Source: an uncultured Pseudomonadota bacterium (GTDB lineage: Bacteria; Pseudomonadota; Alphaproteobacteria; Rs-D84). Taken from it: a stretch of 49,694 nt of DNA. The stretch is taken from NCBI GenBank assembly GCA_947306185.1, contig CAMZFU010000003.1, forward strand, positions 1 through 49,694. Reading direction: 5' to 3'. Shown piece by piece: positions 26,056-35,025 of this stretch (its first letter is position 1; the number at the start of each line of letters is the position of its first letter). The notes under the pieces are model-generated. The model was not told the origin of the DNA and searched no databases. It saw nothing but the letters and a program-made list of their open reading frames with translations. Made by a program: the position numbers and the translations under genes.

Positions 26056-28071
26056 TTAATAGTGCTGACCATCGACACTTATACCAAATCTGAATTGGAA
26101 TGTCGTTGTACCGACATAATCTTCCCTTTTGGTTCCATCGCGACGATAACCGAAACTTAAATAATAACATGGGTGTTCGTAATATAATGCGCCGGAATGC
26201 TGTTGGAAATGTTCTTCGGTAAGATTATATATCGCGTTCCAACGCACCGCCCAACGGTCCGTAATTGCAAACCCAACACCACCCATTATTTCGTGAATAG
26301 ATTCTGCCTGGGTTACAACATCATAAAATTGCTTTGACCAAATATGGCCAACATTAAGGAAGTTACGATTTGTCCCAATAACCGCGTTCGTTTCCATATG
26401 GCGCAGACCCAAATTCTCTTGGGCAAGACGGAAACGGCTGTACAGATTCAACCATTTTGTATTGTTATACCCGATACGCCCAACATAATCAGATTGTCCG
26501 TCGTGGAACCCACTGTTGGGGTCGGTTGCTTCACGTTTGGTAAAATCATATGATTGGCCGAAAAATGTTTCGATGGTTTGGCCATCTGAATCAAATGCGG
26601 CCCAACGCAAACCATAATCTGCAAATGTTCCGTTTTCCCATAAATCAAGCCCAGAAAAACGGTTGGACGAGAATAGGGTTGCATCAGATAATAACGCACC
26701 AACAGAATCATTACTTTCCGCGAAAATACTATCTTGGATATGGCGCATAAAGGTAACGCGTGCACGCGGTTCTATGACCTGTGTCCAATCTTCACGTGGG
26801 CGAAACAATGGTAACCCCCATTCTAAATACCCATTGGGCAAGAATCTGTTTTTCATTCCTGAAAATTTATCGCCATCTATCATCACAGTGTTATAAAAAT
26901 TGTATATATCATAACGCGTAGCCACACTTGCGGTAAGGCGGTTGCCACCCCACAGTGTCCATGGTGATGTTACACGTGCTTCGCCAATAAGGCGTTGGGA
27001 AGCAAATCCGTCCCCAGATATTCCAAGAATATCACCCATAAATGTCGCATATGTTGCCGCAAACAATGGCTGGGTCTGATAAATACCACGAATATTTGGT
27101 AAAATATCACCGGCCGGGGCTGAATAATGCTGTTTATTGCTACGCAATTCTTGAAAGATATGCGCATCGGCAACCACATAACCAGATTGACCAAATAATT
27201 CTAGGCGGACCCCAGAATCAAGGTAAGGTTGTTCATTATAAAATCCGTATTTTTGCAAATATGTTTTATCGGATGCACGGTTTAGAAATATGTTAGCACG
27301 CGCATTTTCACCAAGTTCGATTATATCATTATGGAATATATGCCAGCGATTTTCCCCATCACGATTATATGTATATGAACCACGCGTACGAAATTCTGAA
27401 TGTGTCCCATTAAGACGATGTTCTAATTGAAATAATGGATTTTCGGCAGTTAAATATGAAAATGTAACAGTCGCATCATGGGTGTCAGATATATACAGAT
27501 AAAATGGAATATTTATCTGGGTCCCCATTTTATTTGTAGATTCAAGGGTTGGCATTAAAAAACCAGTCTTGTGTTTAACGGTTGGGTCTGGCATATCAAA
27601 ATATGGCAACCACATAACTGGCAAATCATAAACCCAAAACAACATGTTGTAAAAATAGAGCATATGATTATCCAAATTATGCTCGATTTCGTTCGCAGAT
27701 ATTTCCCATGCTTCGCCACCAAAACTATCGCAGTTTTTACACGCGGTAAAAGATGCGTGTTGTGCGATGGTTATATTATTATTTTTTGATACATTTTCTG
27801 ATTCAATATATACGTGTGGTCCTAACCATATCTGAATATCATTTCCAGATAAATCCGTACCGTTTTTGGTAATATAAGAATCTTTTAAAGTCATCTTTTG
27901 CCCAGATTTATTTGATATTTCAGTTTTTCCAATGGTTTTAATAGTTTCAGATTTAAGATCGTATTCAATTTTGTCGGCCTTTATAACCGTTGGTTCATTT
28001 AAATCAACCGATATGGCATGTGTGCCATGCGATATTAAAATCAAAGAAAGAACATAGAAAAACTTTCTCAT
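26056..28071 (-). CDS. lptD: LPS assembly protein LptD
   Basis: Signal peptide, IKADKIEYD, ASFTAC..C, W.ISA..I.H, PYF..PDPTVKHKTGFLMP, C-terminal barrel strands. Confidence 0.9.
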   Translation of the reverse strand: MRKFFYVLSLILISHGTHAISVDLNEPTVIKADKIEYDLKSETIKTIGKTEISNKSGQKMTLKDSYITKNGTDLSGNDIQIWLGPHVYIESENVSKNNNITIAQHASFTACKNCDSFGGEAWEISANEIEHNLDNHMLYFYNMLFWVYDLPVMWLPYFDMPDPTVKHKTGFLMPTLESTNKMGTQINIPFYLYISDTHDATVTFSYLTAENPLFQLEHRLNGTHSEFRTRGSYTYNRDGENRWHIFHNDIIELGENARANIFLNRASDKTYLQKYGFYNEQPYLDSGVRLELFGQSGYVVADAHIFQELRSNKQHYSAPAGDILPNIRGIYQTQPLFAATYATFMGDILGISGDGFASQRLIGEARVTSPWTLWGGNRLTASVATRYDIYNFYNTVMIDGDKFSGMKNRFLPNGYLEWGLPLFRPREDWTQVIEPRARVTFMRHIQDSIFAESNDSVGALLSDATLFSSNRFSGLDLWENGTFADYGLRWAAFDSDGQTIETFFGQSYDFTKREATDPNSGFHDGQSDYVGRIGYNNTKWLNLYSRFRLAQENLGLRHMETNAVIGTNRNFLNVGHIWSKQFYDVVTQAESIHEIMGGVGFAITDRWAVRWNAIYNLTEEHFQQHSGALYYEHPCYYLSFGYRRDGTKREDYVGTTTFQFRFGISVDGQHY

Positions 28072-29126
28072 TTTTTCAACAATACCGCCATTATGATTCC
28101 AAGCACAATAAACTGAACCCCACCAAGTATGAATAGGTGTGCCGTTGTTTCAAGCATATTTGATGCCGACATAAAAGCCGCCATAACAACAGACATTGCC
28201 ACAACCGAAAGTGCCGGCGCAAAACTTGTTCGACGGCGCAGCAGTGAAGAACGCAACAATATCGCAAGACACAGTGCGGCCAAAATAAAATTCATAATTG
28301 GTTGTAAAAAACGATTACACAATTCTGTCAATATGGTTTTGCGTTGTTTATCACTTACATCTTGTGATATATATTTTATCAAATCACCAGTGGCCATACG
28401 ACGTGATTTAAATGACGAAGAATTATTTTTTGTAGCGATACTTAAATCCATATCAAAACTGTCGAATGTTCCAATTATACTGCCGTTACCAGTGGCATGA
28501 AGTGCCCCCTTGGTCATTACAATGGACAGACCGCGCATCGTTGTGATTAGTTTACCGTTTTCTGCAAATATAATCATTTGTGATTTGTCTTTGCGTGTGT
28601 CAGACAACATCACATGATTTAAATCATATCCTGAAACCTTGTCTACATATACCACCAAATCGCGGGTCATTTCGGTAAATGCGCCCTCTTGTAATTTCAG
28701 ATGTGCCAACCCATATCGCAGGTTCCATTGTGTGTCATAGAATTTTGCCTGAGTTGCTGGAACAATCCATAGGTTTAATACCAAATTGGCAGCCGTTAAC
28801 AATCCTGCCAAGAAAAGTGCCGGTCGTGCAATTTTACCGGGTGAAGTACCCGATGATGCCATAACGATGATTTCATTGTCGCCGATCATCTTGTTATACA
28901 CAAACAATATCGTGATAAATGTAACAAAAGGCACGATAATAGACAAAATAAAAGGCACCATCATTATGGTTAACCCCAAAAAACTGCTAAGTTTTACACC
29001 GTAACTTATAAGGAATTTCATCATAGACATAATCTGGACCATCCATGCTAGTCCAGTCAATATCAGCAACAACATTATAAAAATACCAATCAGTTGTCGC
29101 AGAAAATATTTATCTAATGTCTTCAT
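28068..29126 (-). CDS. LptF/LptG-family LPS export permease (start at MKTLDKY)
   Basis: LDKYFLRQL, NEIIVMASSG.SP..IARP, LWIVPA; six TM segments around a periplasmic domain. Confidence 0.9.
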   Translation of the reverse strand: MKTLDKYFLRQLIGIFIMLLLILTGLAWMVQIMSMMKFLISYGVKLSSFLGLTIMMVPFILSIIVPFVTFITILFVYNKMIGDNEIIVMASSGTSPGKIARPALFLAGLLTAANLVLNLWIVPATQAKFYDTQWNLRYGLAHLKLQEGAFTEMTRDLVVYVDKVSGYDLNHVMLSDTRKDKSQMIIFAENGKLITTMRGLSIVMTKGALHATGNGSIIGTFDSFDMDLSIATKNNSSSFKSRRMATGDLIKYISQDVSDKQRKTILTELCNRFLQPIMNFILAALCLAILLRSSLLRRRTSFAPALSVVAMSVVMAAFMSASNMLETTAHLFILGGVQFIVLGIIMAVLLKK

Positions 29127-29190
29127 CAGATCAAGTATAGAGTCCAAAAACATAGTCGTCAAATAATTTAATAAAATATGTAAAAAATAT

Positions 29191-29218
29191 TTGCAATTCA
29201 TCGATTCGGTGTTATAAT
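29191..29218 (+). promoter_or_regulatory. Sigma70-type promoter of nusA-infB
   Basis: TTGCAA-N16-TATAAT. Confidence 0.6.
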
Positions 29219-29243
29219 CAGCTTGTTCTTAGAAGTTAAATTT

Positions 29244-29272
29244 TAAGGGCGGGGCGAAAAACCCCGCCCTTA
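29244..29272 (+). promoter_or_regulatory. GC-rich leader hairpin upstream of nusA (rimP-leader-like)
   Basis: TAAGGGCGGGG CGAAAAA CCCCGCCCTTA, perfect 11-bp stem. Confidence 0.6.
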
Positions 29273-29308
29273 TAGATAAACAAGACGTAATACCAAGGGA
29301 GATAACGA

Positions 29309-30856
29309 ATGTCTTTTGTTTCTATGCCGCGTCAGGATTTATTGTTGGCTATTGATTCTTTGGCCAGCGAAAAGCAAATTGATCGTGAAACGGTTTTCAT
29401 TTCATTAGAGGCCGCAATCGCGAAAATTGCGAAACATAAATATGGTGAAGAATTTAATATCGTTGCAAATATTGACCGTAAAAACGGTGCGATATATGTA
29501 AAGCGTTTGTTTGATGTTATTGAATCACCAGAAAGCGCCGGTGAAGAATACAGTCCGTTCACAATGCTTACCGTTGACGAAGCAAAGAAATATACAAAAA
29601 ATCCATCGGTTGGTGATGTTGTAGAAGATGCGTTACCAGAACCAGAATTTGGCCGTATGGCATTTCAAACAGCGCGTCAAATTATGACTGCACGTGTACG
29701 TGATGCAGAACGTGGCCGTCAATATGAAGAATTTAAAGACAATATTGGCGATATCATCAGTGGTGTTGTAAAACGTATCGAATTTGGAAACGTGTTTGTT
29801 GATATTAACGGCAAGGCCGAAGGTTATATCAAGGGCAGTGAACTTATCCCAGGTGAACGTTTGGCGGTTGGTGATCGTGTTCGTGCATTGATTATGGACG
29901 TTGCGCGTTCTAATTCCGGTCCGCAAATCTTTTTGACACGTACGCACCCGTTATTTATGGAAAAGTTGTTTGTCCAAGAAGTTCCCGAAATATACGAAGG
30001 TATTATTAAAATTAAATCTGTGGCACGTGCGCCGGGTTCACACGCAAAAATTGCGGTGGAAACTGCGGATCCATCTATTGATGCGGTTGGTATGACTGTT
30101 GGTATCAAAGGTACACGTATTCAACCGGTTATTAATGAATGTCATGGTGAAAAGATTGACGTTATTTTGTATTCCGAAGACCCGGCGGTATTTATTGTTA
30201 ACGCAATGCAACCGGCCAAGGTTGCCAAGATTATCGTTGACGAAGATACGCGCAGCGCGGTTGTCGTTGTGAACGAAGATCAACAATCGTTGGCGATTGG
30301 TCGTCGTGGTCAAAACGTTCGTCTTGCATCACAACTTACCAATTGGAATATCGATGTTGTGAACGAAGCCGAAGAACAAGAACGTCGTGCAAAAGAAGTC
30401 AAAGAAAAGACAGAACTCTTTATCAAGGGATTGGATGTTGATGAAATGATTGCGCATTTGCTTGTATCCGAAGGTTTCCGTACAATCGAAGAAATTGCGT
30501 TTGTCGAATTGAAAGAATTGGAATCTATAGAAGGGTTCAATACAGAATTGGCGGTTGAATTACAAAATCGTGCCAAGGCATATCTTGAAAAATTGGAACG
30601 CGATTATTTTGAAGAAGGTCGCAAATTGGGTATGTCCGATGATTTATTGTCTTTTGATTTTATCAAACGTCCAGTTATTATGAAACTTGGCGAAGCCGGT
30701 ATCAAGACATTGTCTGATTTGGCAGATTTGGCATCGGATGAATTGGTTGAAATCTTGGGCGAAGAAACAATGAGTGCACATTTGGCGGGCCGTGTCATTA
30801 TGAAGGCACGTGAAATTGCATTTGGTATTACCCAGGAAGAAGAAACCGAAGAATAA
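29309..30856 (+). CDS. nusA: Transcription termination/antitermination factor NusA
   Basis: EFGRMAFQTARQ, QIFLTRTHP, QEVPEIYEG, ARAPGSHAKIAV, LAIGRRGQNVRLASQLT, acidic C-terminal repeats. Confidence 0.98.
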   Translation: MSFVSMPRQDLLLAIDSLASEKQIDRETVFISLEAAIAKIAKHKYGEEFNIVANIDRKNGAIYVKRLFDVIESPESAGEEYSPFTMLTVDEAKKYTKNPSVGDVVEDALPEPEFGRMAFQTARQIMTARVRDAERGRQYEEFKDNIGDIISGVVKRIEFGNVFVDINGKAEGYIKGSELIPGERLAVGDRVRALIMDVARSNSGPQIFLTRTHPLFMEKLFVQEVPEIYEGIIKIKSVARAPGSHAKIAVETADPSIDAVGMTVGIKGTRIQPVINECHGEKIDVILYSEDPAVFIVNAMQPAKVAKIIVDEDTRSAVVVVNEDQQSLAIGRRGQNVRLASQLTNWNIDVVNEAEEQERRAKEVKEKTELFIKGLDVDEMIAHLLVSEGFRTIEEIAFVELKELESIEGFNTELAVELQNRAKAYLEKLERDYFEEGRKLGMSDDLLSFDFIKRPVIMKLGEAGIKTLSDLADLASDELVEILGEETMSAHLAGRVIMKAREIAFGITQEEETEE

Positions 30857-30886
30857 AAAGTATAACATAACCCCGGGAGGTTGAAT

Positions 30887-33292
30887 ATGGCGACACTGAC
30901 ACTTGGAAAATCTGTGACTTTGGATGCTGTGCAAAGCAAAAAGGGCGATTCCGTTTTTGTGGAACGTCGTCGCCGTGTTGTTGCCCCTGGGCATAACGAA
31001 TTGCGTGAAGAACCGGTAAAACCGGCACAGCAACATAATCCGGCGGATGAAAAATTGCGTGCTGTGTTAGAAGCTGCACGCGCCCGTGAAGAAGAACGCA
31101 AAAAACGCGAGGCCGAAGAGGCCGCGGCCCGTGCCGCGCGCGAAGCCGAAATTGCCCGCGAAACCAAAGAATATGAACAGGTCAAAGAACAACTTGCGGC
31201 GCGTGAAAATGCGATTCAACAAGTTCAAGAAGAATACGTTGAACCAACATCTGTTCCGCGTTCTGTGCAAAATGGTGGCAAGAAAACTCAGGGCCATCGT
31301 GTGGATGATAGCGTGGACAATGATGATGCCCCGGCGCAAAATCGTCGTAACAGCAAATTCGGTGGTGGTAAAAAAGAATTCGCAAAAACCGGCAAGATAT
31401 CTTTGCAAGATATAGTTATGGGCGAAGATGATGACGATGATGCAATTGGACTACGTGGTGCAAATCGTCGTCGATCCGAAGCATCGTTAAAACGTTTTCG
31501 TGAAAAGGCACGTGCGATGTTCAATGCACCGCAAAAGGTTTCGCACGAGGTTACACTGGGCGACACAATCGTTGTCAAAGATTTGGCCGCTGCGATGGCG
31601 GAAAAGGTTGGTAATGTTGTTAAAAAATTGATGGAAATGGGAATGATGGTTTCCCAGAATCAATCTATTGATGCCGATACCGCGGAAATTATTGCCGGTG
31701 AATTTGGTGCAACCGTAAAACGTGTAGAGGTTAAACCATATGCCGATCAAATTGAACGTGAACCAAATCCAGAAAACCTTAAACCACGTGCACCGGTTGT
31801 TACCGTTGTGGGACACGTTGATCACGGTAAAACATCTTTGTTGGATGCGTTCCGTAACGCAAATGTTGTTGCCGGCGAAGCGGGTGGTATTACCCAACAT
31901 ATTTCTTCGTACGAGGTTAAAACAAAATCTGGTGCGATTATAACTTTCCTTGATACGCCGGGACACGAAACATTTACCGCAATGCGTGCCCGTGGTGCAC
32001 AAATGGCTGACATCGTTGTATTGGTGGTTGCGGCAAACGATTCAATTATGCCCCAGACTATCGAAGCAATAAATCACATTCGTGCGGCCAAGGTTCCGTT
32101 TATTGTTGCAATCAATAAAATCGATTTGCCAGAAGCAAACCCGCAAAAGGTTAAGACCGATTTATTACAACAAGAAGTCCAGGTCGAAGAAATGGGCGGT
32201 GATGTTCAATGTGTTGAAATATCTGCCAAACAGAAAATCGGCCTTGATAAGTTAGAAGAGGCCATATTGTTACAGGCCGAAATGATGGACTTAAAGGCCG
32301 ACCCAGATATGCCGGCAATTGCCACCGTGGTCGAAGCAAAAATGGAACGTGGACTTGGTGCGGTTGCAACGGTCATTATTCGCCAGGGTACATTAAAGAT
32401 TGGCGATGTGTTCGTTGTTGGTGAAACATTTGGCCGTGTGCGTGGACTTATCACATCAAACGGTGAACGTGTTAAATCAGTTCGTCCGGCACAACCGGTT
32501 ATGGTTTTGGGATTAGATTCTGTGCCGGCGGCGGGTGACCAATTGAACGTTATGGAAACCGAGGCCCAAACCCGTGAAGTTGCGGCATACCGCATACAGC
32601 GTGCACGTGACAAGGCAAACGCGGTTAAACGTTCTTCGTTGGAAGAATTGTTTGCAAAACAAACAACCGATGACAAGAAATTGACATTACCAATCATCTT
32701 GCGTGCCGATGTTCAGGGCAGTGTCGAGGCCATAACTGATATGTTGCGTGGTATTAAAACCGAAAAAGCATCTGTTGATATATTGTCCGCTGGTGTTGGT
32801 CAAATTACCGAAGGCGACGTTCGTTTGGCAATCGCATCGGGTGCGGTTATAATTGCGTTTAATGTTCGTGCAGATTCTGCGGTTCGCGATATGGCACGTT
32901 CGGGTGGTGTTGATATTCGTTACCACAGTGTTGTTTATCGTATTACCGATGAAATCAAAGAAATATTGTCTGGTAAATTGGCGCCGGAAAAGAAAGAAAA
33001 CTTTATTGGATACGCCGATGTTATCGCATTGTTCACGGTGGGCAAGGGCATACGCGTTGCCGGTTGCCGTGTTAGCGAAGGTGTGATAAAGAAAGATGCG
33101 TTTGTACGCCTGTTGCGTAACAATGTCGTTATATACGATGGCAAAATTGGCGAATTGCGCCGTGAAAAGAACGAGGTCAAAGAGGTTTCTGGCGGTGTCG
33201 AATTCGGTATGAGTTTTGATAAGTATAACGACCTAAAAGAAGGTGACCGCGTCGAATGTTACGAGGTCCAAGAAATCAAGGTCCAGCTGTAA
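30887..33292 (+). CDS. infB: Translation initiation factor IF-2 (start at MATLT, GGAGG SD)
   Basis: [52 protein letters not shown]. Confidence 0.98.
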   Translation: MATLTLGKSVTLDAVQSKKGDSVFVERRRRVVAPGHNELREEPVKPAQQHNPADEKLRAVLEAARAREEERKKREAEEAAARAAREAEIARETKEYEQVKEQLAARENAIQQVQEEYVEPTSVPRSVQNGGKKTQGHRVDDSVDNDDAPAQNRRNSKFGGGKKEFAKTGKISLQDIVMGEDDDDDAIGLRGANRRRSEASLKRFREKARAMFNAPQKVSHEVTLGDTIVVKDLAAAMAEKVGNVVKKLMEMGMMVSQNQSIDADTAEIIAGEFGATVKRVEVKPYADQIEREPNPENLKPRAPVVTVVGHVDHGKTSLLDAFRNANVVAGEAGGITQHISSYEVKTKSGAIITFLDTPGHETFTAMRARGAQMADIVVLVVAANDSIMPQTIEAINHIRAAKVPFIVAINKIDLPEANPQKVKTDLLQQEVQVEEMGGDVQCVEISAKQKIGLDKLEEAILLQAEMMDLKADPDMPAIATVVEAKMERGLGAVATVIIRQGTLKIGDVFVVGETFGRVRGLITSNGERVKSVRPAQPVMVLGLDSVPAAGDQLNVMETEAQTREVAAYRIQRARDKANAVKRSSLEELFAKQTTDDKKLTLPIILRADVQGSVEAITDMLRGIKTEKASVDILSAGVGQITEGDVRLAIASGAVIIAFNVRADSAVRDMARSGGVDIRYHSVVYRITDEIKEILSGKLAPEKKENFIGYADVIALFTVGKGIRVAGCRVSEGVIKKDAFVRLLRNNVVIYDGKIGELRREKNEVKEVSGGVEFGMSFDKYNDLKEGDRVECYEVQEIKVQL

Positions 33293-33396
33293 TTAGTGTC
33301 AATGATAGTTGTTAGGGATTAGTAAACGGTTGCAGAAATGCAACCGTTTTTTATCCCCTTCGCATCGGATCCTGTAAAAACAAGGTGCCGGGCAAA

Positions 33397-33513
33397 GTTC
33401 CCCTCCGTTGGAGGGGTGGCCGAAGGACGGGGTGGTTAGAGTATTCAGGATAATTACGTGGTCTCGTACCACCTCCCGGCGTTCCATGCCGTACTCCACC
33501 ACAGGAGGAGAAC
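33397..33513. repeat. Palindromic non-autonomous element A (CCCCTCC-N4-GGAGGGG type), right arm decayed
   Basis: GTTCCCCTCCGTTGGAGGGGTGGCCGAAGGACGGGGTGGT...ACCAC...GGAGGAGAAC; termini GTTCCCCTCC / GGAGGAGAAC. Confidence 0.6.
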
Positions 33514-33548
33514 CAGGTCCGCAAAAGCCGATATCCCGTCACACATCC

Positions 33549-33667
33549 TTATTGTCATTCCGAGCGAAGCGTGAGAATCCAGTAAATTTGTTTTTGGTGC
33601 AGCTACCCACAGTTTTTTTTATACACTGGATTGCCACGGGGGTATTGCCCCCTCGCAATGACAATAA
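33549..33667. repeat. Palindromic non-autonomous element B (GTCATTGCGAG...CTCGCAATGAC type)
   Basis: Terminal inverted repeats TTATTGTCATTCCGAG / CTCGCAATGACAATAA (15 of 16 match); inner AATCCAGT / ACTGGATT. Confidence 0.8.
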
Positions 33668-33684
33668 AAAATACAGAACGCAAA

Positions 33685-33710
33685 GAGATCCCGACTTCTG
33701 TCGGGATGAC
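33685..33710. repeat. REP-like hairpin C (GATCCC...GGGATGAC half-element)
   Basis: GAGATCCCGAC TTCT GTCGGGATGAC. Confidence 0.55.
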
Positions 33711-33735
33711 GTTTCTTTTTTACTGGGGTAATGAA

Positions 33736-34686
33736 TTAATTTCCACTGGGGATATAAACATCTAAATCAGGGCCAGCAGTGAATTCCCCAGCCCCCTGAT
33801 TTGTAAAGAACGTATTACTAACCGTATCATACATACCCAATTTGCTATCACTATTGCGACGCGCCGGTATCATACTACGAACCAAAACATTATTTATATT
33901 TAAAGCAAATTTATATATTTTACCACGCACAATAGAAAGACCTTGCGTCACTGAACCATTATACCCCCCAAGTGCAAATATCATACACACTGATTTGTTT
34001 TGATTTAATCCACCCCAACTTGTGGTATTTCCTAATTGATTGTTTACATATAAAGTTTCTCTATAATTTTCATAGTTTATAACTATGTTATCCTTATTCC
34101 CAGTAAGTAGCTGTGTCGTACCACCTTGTTTAACACTATAATAACCTGAGACATATAATTGCATAAACGCATTTGCACCAACCCACCCATTATCGTTAGT
34201 ACTAAACTGTGCAACCATATCCATTCTGGCATTATCAGATTTGTTTATCCAAGTATTAGTATTAATATACTGTGTACCCGTACTCTCTATATATTCCAAT
34301 GCGGTGTATCCGGTTGGTAATATTTGTTGTGGCGATGTGTTTTTAATCTGCCATATTAAACACGTGCCGTCGGTATCCCAATCAATACAAATAAATTCGT
34401 TTTCCAATGCATTGTTAATTCCGGTGTTTGCGTCACCGGCCGTCACAAGTGATGAATATTGTGACACAAAATCGCCGCTAGAATCGTATACACCTTTTTC
34501 GCCGATATTACCCACGGTTCCCGTATGTGTTATTACCGTGTTATTATCAACCGCCGGGATTTTATCCTGTTTCGTCGCAAGTTCAGTATCAACATAGTTT
34601 TTCGATGTTATGGTTTTATCACCCGTTGCAAAAGCATTGGTGCAAATTATTGCAACAATTCCAATGATGTATAATAACTTTCTCAT
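33736..34686 (-). CDS. Secreted surface protein with C-terminal lectin-like module; paralog of 47-796
   Basis: Signal peptide (..CTNAFA|T), DKTITSKNYVD..L.TKQ, C.DW...TC..W, LPTGYTALEYIESTGTQYINT, GMYDTVSNTFFTNQGAGEFTAGP. Confidence 0.8.
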   Translation of the reverse strand: MRKLLYIIGIVAIICTNAFATGDKTITSKNYVDTELATKQDKIPAVDNNTVITHTGTVGNIGEKGVYDSSGDFVSQYSSLVTAGDANTGINNALENEFICIDWDTDGTCLIWQIKNTSPQQILPTGYTALEYIESTGTQYINTNTWINKSDNARMDMVAQFSTNDNGWVGANAFMQLYVSGYYSVKQGGTTQLLTGNKDNIVINYENYRETLYVNNQLGNTTSWGGLNQNKSVCMIFALGGYNGSVTQGLSIVRGKIYKFALNINNVLVRSMIPARRNSDSKLGMYDTVSNTFFTNQGAGEFTAGPDLDVYIPSGN

Positions 34687-34689
34687 GAG

Positions 34690-34708
34690 CCCCCCCCAAA
34701 AAAAAAAA
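34690..34708 (-). repeat. T11-G8 homopolymer pair 3 nt upstream of the start codon
   Basis: Plus strand C8 (34690-34697) and A11 (34698-34708); minus strand reads T11-G8-CTC-ATG. Confidence 0.9.
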
Positions 34709-34730
34709 TTGCAAAAATTGAACCGCCAAT

Positions 34731-34914
34731 GGAAATTGACGGTCGGGGTGTTCGAAAATCATAAAACACAATGACTCCGATGGCCTTTATATATACACCA
34801 CCGGCACCCCGACATTTCGGGGGTGTAATGACGATGCAAAACATGAAAATCCGATGGATTACGATGCCTTGCACCGGTGTTTTATGGGCTTTCGACAGCC
34901 CCAAACCAAATTCC
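34731..34914 (-). ncRNA. Structured 5' leader with C4/CI-antisense-like architecture
   Basis: Mutually exclusive stems: 34742-34750 with 34805-34813 (9 of 9 bp); 34760-34769 with 34877-34886 (10 of 10 bp); 34752-34757 with 34890-34895; internal direct repeats. Confidence 0.55.
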
Positions 34915-34931
34915 CATCTGGTTCGCTTTTC

Positions 34932-34961
34932 ATTATATCAAAAACGAGATTTTTTATGCAA
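34932..34961 (-). promoter_or_regulatory. Sigma70-type promoter for the leader and surface gene
   Basis: Minus strand TTGCAT-N18-TATAAT. Confidence 0.6.
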
Positions 34962-35025
34962 TTGATTTTTTATTGTTCTTGAATTTTGCTATATGTTTGC
35001 TATTCTTGTGCCAAAAGGAAGATGC

